A DNA stretch of 64,000 nt from Veleropilina oligotropha (lineage: Eukaryota). The first letter of the stretch is position 1. Every line of letters begins with the position of its first letter. The stretch lies in assembly GCA_048128005.1 (NCBI GenBank), contig JBEUKZ010000125.1:1-64000 (forward strand), read 5' to 3'. Positions 11,301 through 23,300 of the stretch are shown here, one piece after another. The position numbers were made by a program, and so were the translations under genes. Under the pieces are notes generated by a model. It searched no databases and was not told where the DNA came from. It saw only the letters and a list, made by a program, of their open reading frames with translations.

Positions 11301-14300
11301 GACGATTCGAGCCCGACACATCCCGGGAAAGCTGAATGTCAGAGCGGATTCGCTCTCTCGGAGATCACAGATTATACACACAGAGTGGACGCTACACAGC
11401 CGAGTAGCTCGGGAGGTTTGCCGCCGGTGGTCGCAACCCCAAGTCGACTTGTTTGCAACAGAATTCAATTACCGACTACCTCTGTATGTCTCCCCGTACC
11501 CAGACCCGGCCGCCCTGGCGGTCGACGCAATGTCAATGACATGGGAGAATCTGTCCGCGTATGCCTTCCCCCCGACGTGCATTCTATCACTGGTATTACA
11601 GAAGGCAGCGACCGAACGTTGCGAGATAACGCTAATAGCGCCCCTGTATCGCACGCAACCTTGGTTTCCGACCCTCCTCGATCTGATCGTCGATCGACCG
11701 TTAGCGTTACCGCAGAAACTAGACCTGTTAATGCAACCACGCACCCGTGTACTCCACGAGTCGCCGAACCACTTACGTTTACACGCCTGGCGGTTATCGA
11801 ACGATCCCTTGCTAAGAAAGGATTTTCTAAAGCTACAGCCTTACGTATCTACCGATCGAGAAGGATTTCCACTACAAAAGTCTATGACTACCGATGGGTT
11901 AAGTACGTGGATTGGTGTCACAGCAGGCAGATCAATATACTCCGTCCCCCTGTGAACAAGTTTATCGAGTTTTTATCGTCGCTCTTCGACCGCGGTATGT
12001 CAGTGTCCGCCGTCAAAGGCTATCGGGCAACGATCACGACCACGCTAAAGCAGTGTCGTGCCCATGCTGGCCTATCAAGCGACCGAACGATATCAGATTT
12101 TATACGATCTTATGAACTCGAGATACCGACCCGAAGAATTAAGCCACCTGCCTGGAATATCGTACTTATTCTTAACGCATTACTCTTACCCCCGTATGAG
12201 CCGATGTCCGAGATAACCATGAGGAACTTGACGCACAAAACAGTTTTTCTGATCGCCTTAGCGTCGGGCAGGCGTTGTTCCGAGATTCATGCTTTCTCCT
12301 CCGAGCTAAGAGACATACGATTCCAGTCAGACGGGTCGGTGATACTGCGTCCCATTCTGGGCTTCTTAGCCAAGAACCAGCGGCCGAACGAGGACGCACC
12401 CGATGTTGTTATTCCCAAGCTAACGCTAGTCGGAAGGCGCGACGCAGACCGCTTCAATTGCCCGGTCCGGGCGCTTCGGTTCTACCTAGACAGAACCCGT
12501 GAGTTGCGACAGGGAAAATTACGTTTATTCATATCGTATTTGCCAACCTACACCCGCGACATTACGAGGACTACTGTTTCGCGGTGGATTTCACAGACAG
12601 TGAGAGATGTATACATCCGCTGTGACAACGAAGACCGAACTATTTTATCGGTACGCGCACATGAGGTCCGGGCTATTGCAGCGTCTGTAGCCTTCCGACA
12701 TAATTTAAATATCAATGCGTTACTACAGGCCGGATATTGGAAAAACGCTAACGTGTTTGTCAAACATTATCTGCGCGACTACTCAACCGGGGCTGATGGC
12801 CTAAGCAGTTTACACTGTGTTGCTGCACAAAGGGTTATTGTTAGACCGAGGTCTTCTAATCAGTAAGTATTGTTCTCTGATTCATCATTTGCATATTTAC
12901 TGACGCCATTTTATTTTTGTTGGCCAAACGGTGCTATGTAATTAACACCTATGGGGCAGTTCAATGTCTGTTCATTTCTTAAATCTAATTTAAGATTTTG
13001 TACTTCTCATGTCAGACCTGAGTGTTGACATAAGCCAGATCACATTGAATTTAATAAAACAACTTTGATAATTTTGCACAAATCTTAAAAAGATTAGGGT
13101 TCAATATTATTATGTTCTTCGCTGTAATCGAACATACGATGTTCAATACATTTTAAAATGTTGATTCCTTAACATTTATTTTTAAGTAACATGTCGAACA
13201 TTTTTGCTTCCTTAAAATTTATTTTAAGTGACATGTCGTCCATGTTAGCATTCGCAAGTTGGTCATGCGAACTACTTATTAATATCGATTATTATAATAA
13301 TCTATTAATTCTTTGCTTTTGATTTTAAAGCTTTCACAACCTGTTAGGTTCCGTGTGCTTACAAATCCGACTGCATCCTCTGGCTACCGGCCTATAGGCC
13401 CGGAGTCCCATTTGGCTGCCACTGGTCCATGACACGTAAGACCTACAGGGATTTATCCTTCCGGCCGTGCCAGGGGCTGATTGCACTTCCGTTCACCTCG
13501 TCCGACTAACACCACGGCGTATTCTCCCGGTAACACTGGTCGAAATTCTCGCCTGGTAAGAGTAGAATATAATACTCAGTAAAAATTCCACTCTAGGCGG
13601 ACACACTCGACGCTTCATGCTGATCGAATTGGTGAAAAGTAAGTCATTATCTTGTTTGGGTTTGTTGTAAGGAACGTCTTACCCACCTATCCAAGGTTAT
13701 TCTGGCAAGAGTAAGGACGTAAGTATGTTTGTAACTATATATGAGGTTTTAATGTAAACCTAATATTAGTATAAAACATACTTACGTCCTTACACGATTA
13801 CCCACCCTGCGTTTCGCATTCCTCCCCTCTACTACGTTCCTTTGGGGTTTTTGAACTTTGAATTGAGGTCTTAGGACTTCTATTGTTCAGAAGTCTCGCG
13901 AGACTTGGCGAAGTCTCACTAAGGAACGTGATGGGATAGGAGCAGGGGAGGTAACCGTGTGCTTTTTTTGGCTTATTAACGGTGCATTATGGGACATATT
14001 CACCATTTCCGGTTTGGGCGATAATATACTATTATGGCAAGAGTAAGGACGTAAGTATGTTTTATACTAATATTAGGTTTACATTAAAACCTCATTTTTA
14101 TTATTATCATGCTTAATGATCCTGAGAAGATGTACATATATACTAGTATACAGCAGAATCATGTCTATATAATAATATTATGTGTCACAGAATCTGCGAT
14201 ATAAACTTTAGCTCTTTGGATGGCGCACGCATTTGGCGGCCATTTTGAAAGTTAAGATGACATCCTCTATCAAATCATTCAGTGTTACTATTGTGGATCT

Positions 14301-17300
14301 CACCATGTTCACTGAGTCTGAAAACATGGGTTTAAACGTCATAATATGATGCCTCTATGAACATCACAGTTCGAGATATGATCAGAAACGTGCTCGGCTT
14401 GCAACCAATTTGGCGGCCATTTTCAATTTTAAGGTAACTACCTTCTCCTAATCACCCAATATTACTAAAAAGTATTCTAATCTTGTTTATTGAGTATGAA
14501 AACATATGTGTAGACACCAGAATTTTATCCATATGGCTCTCGATGAACAAGATATTAGCAGATGAAATTTTACTTGGCGGCCTGGAACTCATCAATGACA
14601 TCATCACATGCCATAGTTAAATAATCAGCAGTAAACAAACTTATACAGAGATTTTGTGGTTTGGCTAAAAATCAACTTCTGACTACTGAACTATTAGCTC
14701 TTTGGATGGCGAATGCATTTAGCGGCCATTTTGAAAGTTAAGATGATAACCTCTACCAAATTATTCAGTATTATTATTGTTGATCTCACTATGTTAATTG
14801 AGCCTTAAAACATGAGTATAGACGTCAGAATGATGCCTGTAGTGTATGAACATCACATTTCGAGATATGAGCAAAAACATTTGGTTTGCAACCATTTTGG
14901 CAGCCATTTTAAATTTTAAGGTGAATACCTCCTCCAAAACACCGAATATTACTAATAGTATTCCAATTTTGTTTATTGAGTATTAAAACGTGTGCAAACA
15001 CCATAATTGTGTCTATATGACTCTCGAGGATCAAGATATTAGCAGATTAAATTTTACTTTGCCGCCAAAAAATTTGCCCAATGGTGAGAACTCCACACCC
15101 CCTGGATCTCATCAATGACATGCCACAGTTAAATAATCAGCAGTCAAAAAAACTTATACCGAGATTTTTGGGTTATGCTAAAAATCAGCTTTTGACTGCC
15201 GAACTATACCTATTTCTGAATTCAATTAGCTGTAGGCATATCTGTATGTGTATTAAATTAATAATTAACAGTGCTTATATATTTACCAGTTAGGACTAAC
15301 GAATAGTTGATATTATACATTTATGCGCATTTATGTTTTAATTAAAACTTTGAATTTCGAAATTCAAAGTTTTAATTTCAAAGTTCAAATTTTAATCTTG
15401 AAATTCAAAATTTCTAATTCAATGTTTTAATTTGTAAATTCAAAGTTGTGAAAAGATAGAACTATAATACCACAATAATTGCTACCGCATTCTCTCATGA
15501 ACGCAAAATATATCCATGTTCACACGAGAGAGACAATTGAAGTACTGAGCAGGGTATGTGAGCTCACTTCTTTCGTGTACTACTAGGTTATGATGCATGA
15601 TATGAAGAATATTATTATAGTTATTTTCAACTTCTTTAAATCTAAGAAAATCCCAAAATATCATATCCCAATCTCCACGCATGCCCCAATCGTGCTACGG
15701 TACATCATCTCTGCCCTTGCTGGTAGCACTACTTTCATTTCAAACAAAAATCCTAAGCTCAAGAGTGATATCCATGACGTCATTGACCCAGTTACTTGGT
15801 TTTGTATATGTTTTCCTACGCCAACATGTGCTATTGTTTAGGCCGCTTCGGCAGCGCAGTGGGTAAGAGTGTCCACTCTAAATTCACTGGCTTGATTCCG
15901 CTAATGCGAACAGTAGTGGGTTCAATACCTGGCTGAGGCATTGAAATTTGTTCAAGTTATGAATCACAGTTGTCCGTGACTGGCCGAAGAGGGCGGGTTT
16001 ACCCGGGCGACCGAGGTTTCCTCCCGCGATAACACGGACATGTCCTGCCTTGAACCTCGATGTTGTAAATACACATCATTCCTCCCTCCGCTATTATTTA
16101 TGTCGCCGTGTCGGTTAATTATCATCAACAAAAGGCATTATATTCGAACTGCTGGCCTTTCAAATGAGTGACTCCCTCCCACACATATTTATTTAGTCGA
16201 TATCTAATATTTACTTACGTCTAAGTGACTTGCGTCTAAATTGAAATGGTCTTTCTTCACGCATGCCCGCGCCCATCTTGTTTTCGAGTGACATTATTCA
16301 CGCAGGATTATTTGCTCTGGGCCATCGCTTCATTTACAAATAAACTGGGTATTTGGAGTGCACTTTAAGATAATCACTATGTAAACATGTGGTTACCATA
16401 TAATCATTAAAATAAAAAATAAAGCCAAATTATAATAAAATAAAAATGTCACGTCATGTACGAGATGAGGCGAAACGCCTCATGGCTGACTCAGCGGTCG
16501 CAGAGATTGTTGTAGGGATGCGACAGGGGTAGGTAGGCACGGATCCAGGAATTTTGCTTTAGGGGTGTACTGAATTTACTATCAACTGTTCGCGTGGGGG
16601 CGGGGCCACACACGAAAGAAAATGTTGACAATCAACAGCCTGAAACCCCCTCTCCTGCACTCTGATAGGGCAAAAGCAATATTTCTTACCAACATTTATG
16701 AACCATTTTCACTCAAATGTATGAGTATTTTTTCACAATCTAACACATTTCTGCTTTCAAACGTGGGGTCCAGACCGATTGTATCCCCAGAAAAGTCGGG
16801 GCCCCATCCGCAAGAAAATTTTGACAATAAATGGTGTGAAATCACCCCTCCTGCATTATTACATTGCAAAATTAAGCTAATAGTAATACAATTCAACTTG
16901 AGTATTTTGGGGTCGGCCTATTTATAATGTTCTGAAAGGCATTTGTATCAGATTATACATATTATTTTAGTATGCTTGACCAGTTTTAGGGGGGGCACGC
17001 GCCACATGACCTCATTATATATTCAAATGAAATTCTAACAGGTTCAGAATTCTACATTTTCTGACTTGAGCAATTGATGATGTAAATTATGGTGTGATAT
17101 ATCAAGAAATTTAACTTTTTTTCATATAGATGGGGATCTCATCTTCAAAATGACGCCTCAAATGTTAAAATATTCCAATATTTAGAAATTTGATGACATT
17201 TTTTGAGATTTTGGCTAGATTTGATGAAGGTTGTGGTGTGGACATAGGCTGATGTTATACAGTCCTCTCTTTCATATTTGATGAAGTAAGACACATTCAA

Positions 17301-20300
17301 ACTTGCTATGAGCTATGTATACTTAGTTGCATCAGTAAGAGGAACCACAAAAATATGTAAATGAGGACATGTGACCTAATTATGGGTTCAAAATGGTCGC
17401 CGCTTTCACAAAATTTGCTGTGAATACCATTTTTTATGGGAGGGGGCTTATTTCAAAGGAATAAATATTGACACATTTTCATCAAACTATATTTATGTAA
17501 TTGCCTGTAAAATACAACAATACATCTATCTCCAGTATTCTACATTAGAGTGCCATGCCTTGAAGCAATTGCAGTCCTTCGTAATGCAAAGATCGAGCAC
17601 GCCTGCCATGCCCATGAGCTTGACCACGCCCATCCCCACGTAAACGTGGCCTGTAACGGCCAGCACCTAATCCACTTTGGGAGGTCTGCATCTGTTCACA
17701 TACTTATCCCTCATTGGTCTAGCGATCCCAGGATCACTAGAATCACTATCAACAAAATCAGATTCATTTTGATAACTTACTTGATCACTGTCATCGGTTC
17801 ATGATGGATCTCCGAGTCAGCTAGAGTACATGCATATCATTAGCGAAAAAACCCCATTAGGACCCCATTCAATATCAGATTGTTCCGTATCACCGTCTTC
17901 GTCACTCATCTCATCGAACAATCATATCATCTAATGTAAATCATCCATTCCTCGAATATGTTGCATATATAGCCATTTCACGAAAAATATCCAAGTTTTA
18001 CAGGGAACAACTAGTGGTAAACTGACCCATATTTGCAGGGATGACCTAAAAGTGTCGCCATCTATCGGTAGACAGGTTATTTATAGTAGATGACTCGAAT
18101 ATTTAACCAATGAGTGCACAGTATTAAGGGGATGCCCCAACACATACTCGATGCATGAAATATCGCGCTCCCGGAGGGACGAGGTTAACTGACAACTAAG
18201 TGTGGTCACAGGAGAAATTCCGCTCTAACGTAAAAAATGTCCAACTCTGCGGCGACTTTTGTTATAACACTAACAGGGGTGGCAGAGCATTTTTGAAAGT
18301 GCTGGGTGTAAAATTTACGAACTATCAATTATTCACATAGGGTGAGATAAAATTTTGACATTATCGCCTTTATCGGAGTGAAATTTACCGGCTCCGCTCC
18401 TGCATTATGACAATACAAATGCAATATTTCTTACCAACATTTATTACCTGTCCTCGATAGCTCAACTGGTTAGAGCGTCGGAAAAATGTTATTTGGGATG
18501 GTAGGATGTGGGTTCAAGCCCGCGCCGGCCTGGCTTATTCTAAGGCTTAAAACTAATAGATGGCATATCCCAAATGTATGTCGGTCAGATCGGAGTGAGA
18601 CATTAAACCTGGTGTCCCGACCGCGTTAAGGCTGAAAAATTGCCAAAGGGTCGTAAAACAAAGTTAAACAACATTAATTAACCATTTTCACCTATCAGTA
18701 TATGAGTATATTTTGGTTAAAGTTGCAAAAAAGTGTATGTATGTGTGTGTGTATGGGGGGGGGGGGGGGGGGGGGGAGGGAGGGGGGAGCTTCCCTGGTC
18801 TCTAAATGCATGGTTTACTATATGTATACATGTAATAAAACAGTAATCACAATTTTATGATATATTTTATATTTTAAAGTAATCAGCATAGATTCACACA
18901 TGAATAAAATAGTCGACACTTTCCGAAAAATTGAGAAAACAAATTTTAGATGATATCGCCAAAACAGATAATGGTGTACACTTCTTATTAGACTAAATGT
19001 TTTGGGATCCTTACTGAGTGCTATGTCTTTTGTTTTACGTGATGATGCAGTGCTACCTGAATGTGACCATGCATTGAAGACTGCAACCGTGTGATATTGT
19101 TTTACTATGACTCTTCTGTTTGTTTAATCAATCCGATAATTAATTCAGTATTATTTATTTTTCAGCCACTGAAACTGTCACACAAGGTAATTTTATGTGC
19201 AAATAAACTTTGTTATTTATAAAGTTCGAAGATAAATATATTAATAAGAAATGTAGCACACTGAACAATGACATTGTCCATTATCTTGGATATATATCAA
19301 CTTACCCCCTCCCCCTACTGGTAGCGATCTTGCTTAAATTAAGCAAGATGGCTACCAGTAAGAGGAGGGAGGGGGGGTTGCAATTTATATACGAAATAGG
19401 TCACAATTTTTAACTTTCACAATTCGAATGAAATAAACAAAGTTTGCAATGCTCTTACTACAGTACCTGTAATGATATCAGAAAAATATATTCTGCAAAA
19501 ATGCGAAGTGAAGATATGCAATCTCCGTTTGTCACGATTTTAGGCAGTGATGGTTGTCAGTTCACCCTGGAAAAGCGCTGCTACAAGCTGAGCGATGGGG
19601 CCAAGAGCTGGGTGGATGCATACAGGGCCTGCCAAGCTGATGGTGGAAATCTCGCCATACTAGACAAGCAGACAATCGTCGACTACCTTGGACCGAGGTA
19701 AGACTACCCAGACCTGTCAACGCTCCCGTTCCTGGCGGGAGGGTCCTCTCATTGTAAATTTAAAAAAAAAAACTTCATTTAAAAAAGAAAATTTCTAATT
19801 GTCCACATTACCAGATGCTGACCCCATATAAATCATAATTAAATATATATGCATGCACACATAATATATATGTATATATAAGATTGACAGGGAATGGCAA
19901 TTTTCTGATCTTTTCCTTTCTTCTTGATGTTGACAACAAAGGATATGTAGGCTTGAAACTGTTTATAATTTTAATCATTTTATTTGGATAAAGTTATTTA
20001 AAATTAAACAGATGCACACAACCCACCTGTATCCAATGGTAACAAAATATATGCAATGGAAAATACCGAAGCGAATGAAAATTGTTGTGAACATCAAACA
20101 AAAATGACGTCAAATGGTCGAATAGGAATCGTGCATAGCAATTGATATGTACTCGAATTAGCATAATGTCTTGCTCATTAAATTCATTTATTTAACGACA
20201 GAGGCTGTCTGAAACAATTTGCATTTATTGTTGTGACTACATAAATGTAATGTATAATTAAAATTGATTAGTGCATTTTACTTAATTCTGACAAGTTTAT

Positions 20301-23300
20301 GGTGATATTATTGTTTACATACAGTTAAATAAATTTTCTACTTTTATTTCAATAGGGTTGGACAGAACTGTTGGGTTGCAGGACAAGATTACCCCCTTGA
20401 GGGCGAAATAACATGGTCGTACGGAAAGAAGAAAATTCGATCAGCTTTCAAATATTGGCTGAATAATGTGGTAAGTAAAACCCGCTTGCACCGGCCAGTT
20501 ATGGACAACTGTGATTGCTAATTAAACAAAGTGCTCAGACAAGGATTGTAACGACTCCTGAAGGATTGTAAAGACTCCTGATATTAATCAGAGCAATCAC
20601 ACGGGTGAATTGAGAGTCGCGCTCTCACCCACATCACCACGGTGCGGCCTAGGGGTCGATATTCCGTACTACAAGTGACTGAGTTGGAAGTCATTGATTT
20701 TCTCTTGCAGACTTGAAATTGGCAGGGCTTTTTATTTAGATGGATTCTTTCCCACAGAGACGGATCTTGTGTTGCTTTCTACAACAGTTATTCCTTTTAT
20801 TTTCTATGTCTTAAATCGCGGTAGATGAAGGGTTTCATTGAGCCGCCGGCCTAGTTTAACATCCCAGATTCATTGAATTCAGTCTTCACCAGAATTCTGG
20901 ATCTGTTTTTTTCCGTTTTGTTTACATCTTTTTATGTACATTTAGACAAATCGCAATTAAAGCAAAAATAAGTTTTGCAGCATGGCACTAATGAGTTGAT
21001 TTCAGTCAGTGTTTATTGTCGCGTTTTCTGAAGTCTTAACAAAATATTTACTATGGTGAAGATAATGATTTTAAATTTGTGTTCATTCTTGTATTAAAAC
21101 AGTTAACAGATATGGCCTCCTTGATAACCTGGGGTAAAGAAGTCCTCAGCTGTGATCCCTTATGTGACAATGACCGTATTGTCATATTGGAGCAAATGCT
21201 TCCATTTACAATCTTGACCATTTGATTTTCCGTTTTGCAGGAAGGCGGTTCCACTACACGTAACTGTATACGAGCTGCCTCCGGAAGCTGCCGCTGGGTA
21301 GAGCGAGCATGTGAGGAGCAGAATAGATATCTATGTGAATATCGGCAAGCGGACGACGAGGTGCCTACAGGTTAGAGTCCATTTTCTCTCCATTGTCTGG
21401 TCTCGTGCAACGATTTTTTAATAATCAATTCTGTGAAGATTCTGGTTTGACAGCAATTTTATTGACTGTTCACCTTCAGGAATATATGGATGGAATGAGT
21501 GCATTTGTCTTAATGGGAAATGATAGTTGTGATCGAGATTAATATTATTGTCAGCATCTTATAATGCCTCCGGAGACGAAGTCCAAATTTCCCCCCAAAA
21601 ATTTAAGTTTACAAAACAAATTCCCAATATTCAAACATGATATACGCCATGATATGCGGTTAATTAAGACAGCCCATATGAAGATAGATAATAGATTAAT
21701 GAGTTTGCATTGCAAAGAGGGACGGATAATTAAGTAATTATATCCCTTGATAATAGGCAGGGTTACTATGGATTTGCCCAAATGATACAATGGTTTCGTC
21801 ATATGTTCTCAGATATTTAGTTTGTACGCTCTACAGTCAATAGTTTTAATCCGATTTTATTAAAATTACATATGCACATTAGTTATGATGAGGTTACGCT
21901 CTCGAACAACGAATTTGGTCATTTTAGCATTCAAGATGGCTGCTGTATCAGGGGATACCCCCCAGGAGTTAGGGGGTCAAGGATTTTTAATATTGCTGGT
22001 GGATATAACTGACGTTTTGCATGGTCTAAGTGCATAACCTTTCCATAAACATTTTGTATTTCATGTAATATATTTTTAGCTCTGTCATCGTATGAAAGTA
22101 GTGAGGGTTTGTACATCGAGTCATCGCAGTCTGTGGAGAGAAATGACGTGGATACAGAAGGGCGATGTGCCGATCTGTGTGAAGATAACGAAAGCTGTAA
22201 CTCATGCGACTACAACCAGGCCAAGAAAAAGTAAGTAATGCACAAGGCATCTACAGGGGTATCAAAATGGTTCAAAAAGGCGAAAACAGTAAAGTAGGAT
22301 GCGCAATACATGATTTCAATAGAATATAGATAAATAAACCAATACATGCGCAAGATTTTACATTTCGAAGTAGCCGGCGCAGAAGTCATAGTATAGGGTG
22401 AATTGCGCCGTGTGCCGACATATTTTGATATCCCTGGTCTATATGTTAAGGGGCTACATAATAAAGGCACATATTTTGACAGAAAACATTTGTTTTTATT
22501 AATATTTTTGCTAAAAAATCAATACTGAATATTTAGATTTTTGAAGCAAATTTGAATATGTCAAACAACCAGGTTTACAGTTAACTGGTCAGTGGTACAT
22601 CGTAGGTTTTCACGATCAACTGAGCTTTCTTCACACGTTAATATGAAAGTGTCCTAGTAACAAGCTGAAGGTTGCAAATATGAAACATTTAGCGTCGATC
22701 AAAACCAAAGACATTCTGCAGATTTTCATGCCATGGTTCTGCATCCATAATGCATAGGCCGCTTCGGCTGCGCAGTGGGTAAGAGTGTCCACTCTAAATT
22801 CACTGGCTTGATTCCGCTAATGCGAACAGTAGTGGGTTCAATACCTGGCTGAGGCATTGAAATTTGTTCAAGTTATAAATCACAGTTGTCCGTGAATGCC
22901 CGAAGAGGGCGGGTTTACCCAGGCGACCGGGGTTTCCTCCCGCGATAACATGGACATGTCCTGCCTTGAACCTCGATGTTGTAAATATACAGGACATTAA
23001 GCATCATTCCTCCTCCTCCATAATGCATACAAGAGTATATATAGGTAATTGTGAAGTCATGGGTGTGTGCTTCTGACATGAAAGCAGATTATTAACCCAG
23101 ACCTTGTGACATCGTAGATTATCGTTAGATCATGGGGAGTTCATTCAATTGTTTTCGGTAGGGAATAATTAAATATATGTGTCGATTCACTGTTTGAAGC
23201 CGTAAGATTGCGTACTTATGTAATATTGGGGTAGTGAGAGCATGTGATCAGAATTATGACTTGTAACCCAAGTGTTCACATTTTAATCATTAAAAACTGT

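Larger units (their letters stand above)
6633..14094 (+). mobile_element. Full-length DIRS1-type tyrosine-recombinase retrotransposon
   Basis: ITRs 6644-6852 and 13854-14062 with one visible mismatch. ICR 13703-13793 is complementary to both termini. gag, RT/RH/MT and YR ORFs are uninterrupted. No TSD, as expected for YR integration. Confidence 0.97.

Noticed and set aside
7991..12763. Antisense and alternative-frame short ORFs within the DIRS (e.g. 9525-10160, 9377-9850)
   Set aside because: Expected shadows of GC-rich coding sequence, with no recognisable motifs.
16465..16483. Perfect hairpin ATGAGGCG-AAA-CGCCTCAT as a terminator or ncRNA
   Set aside because: Eukaryotic intron context. 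It most likely represents the terminal palindrome of a Helentron-like fragment.
18450..18530. tRNA gene (also about 31052, 45621 and 15841)
   Set aside because: A and B boxes are present, but I see no clean cloverleaf or acceptor stem, and each runs into a repeated SINE body.
19051..19090. Extra small exon (VLPECDHALKTAT)
   Set aside because: Weak acceptor and no phase-1 donor to join the next exon.
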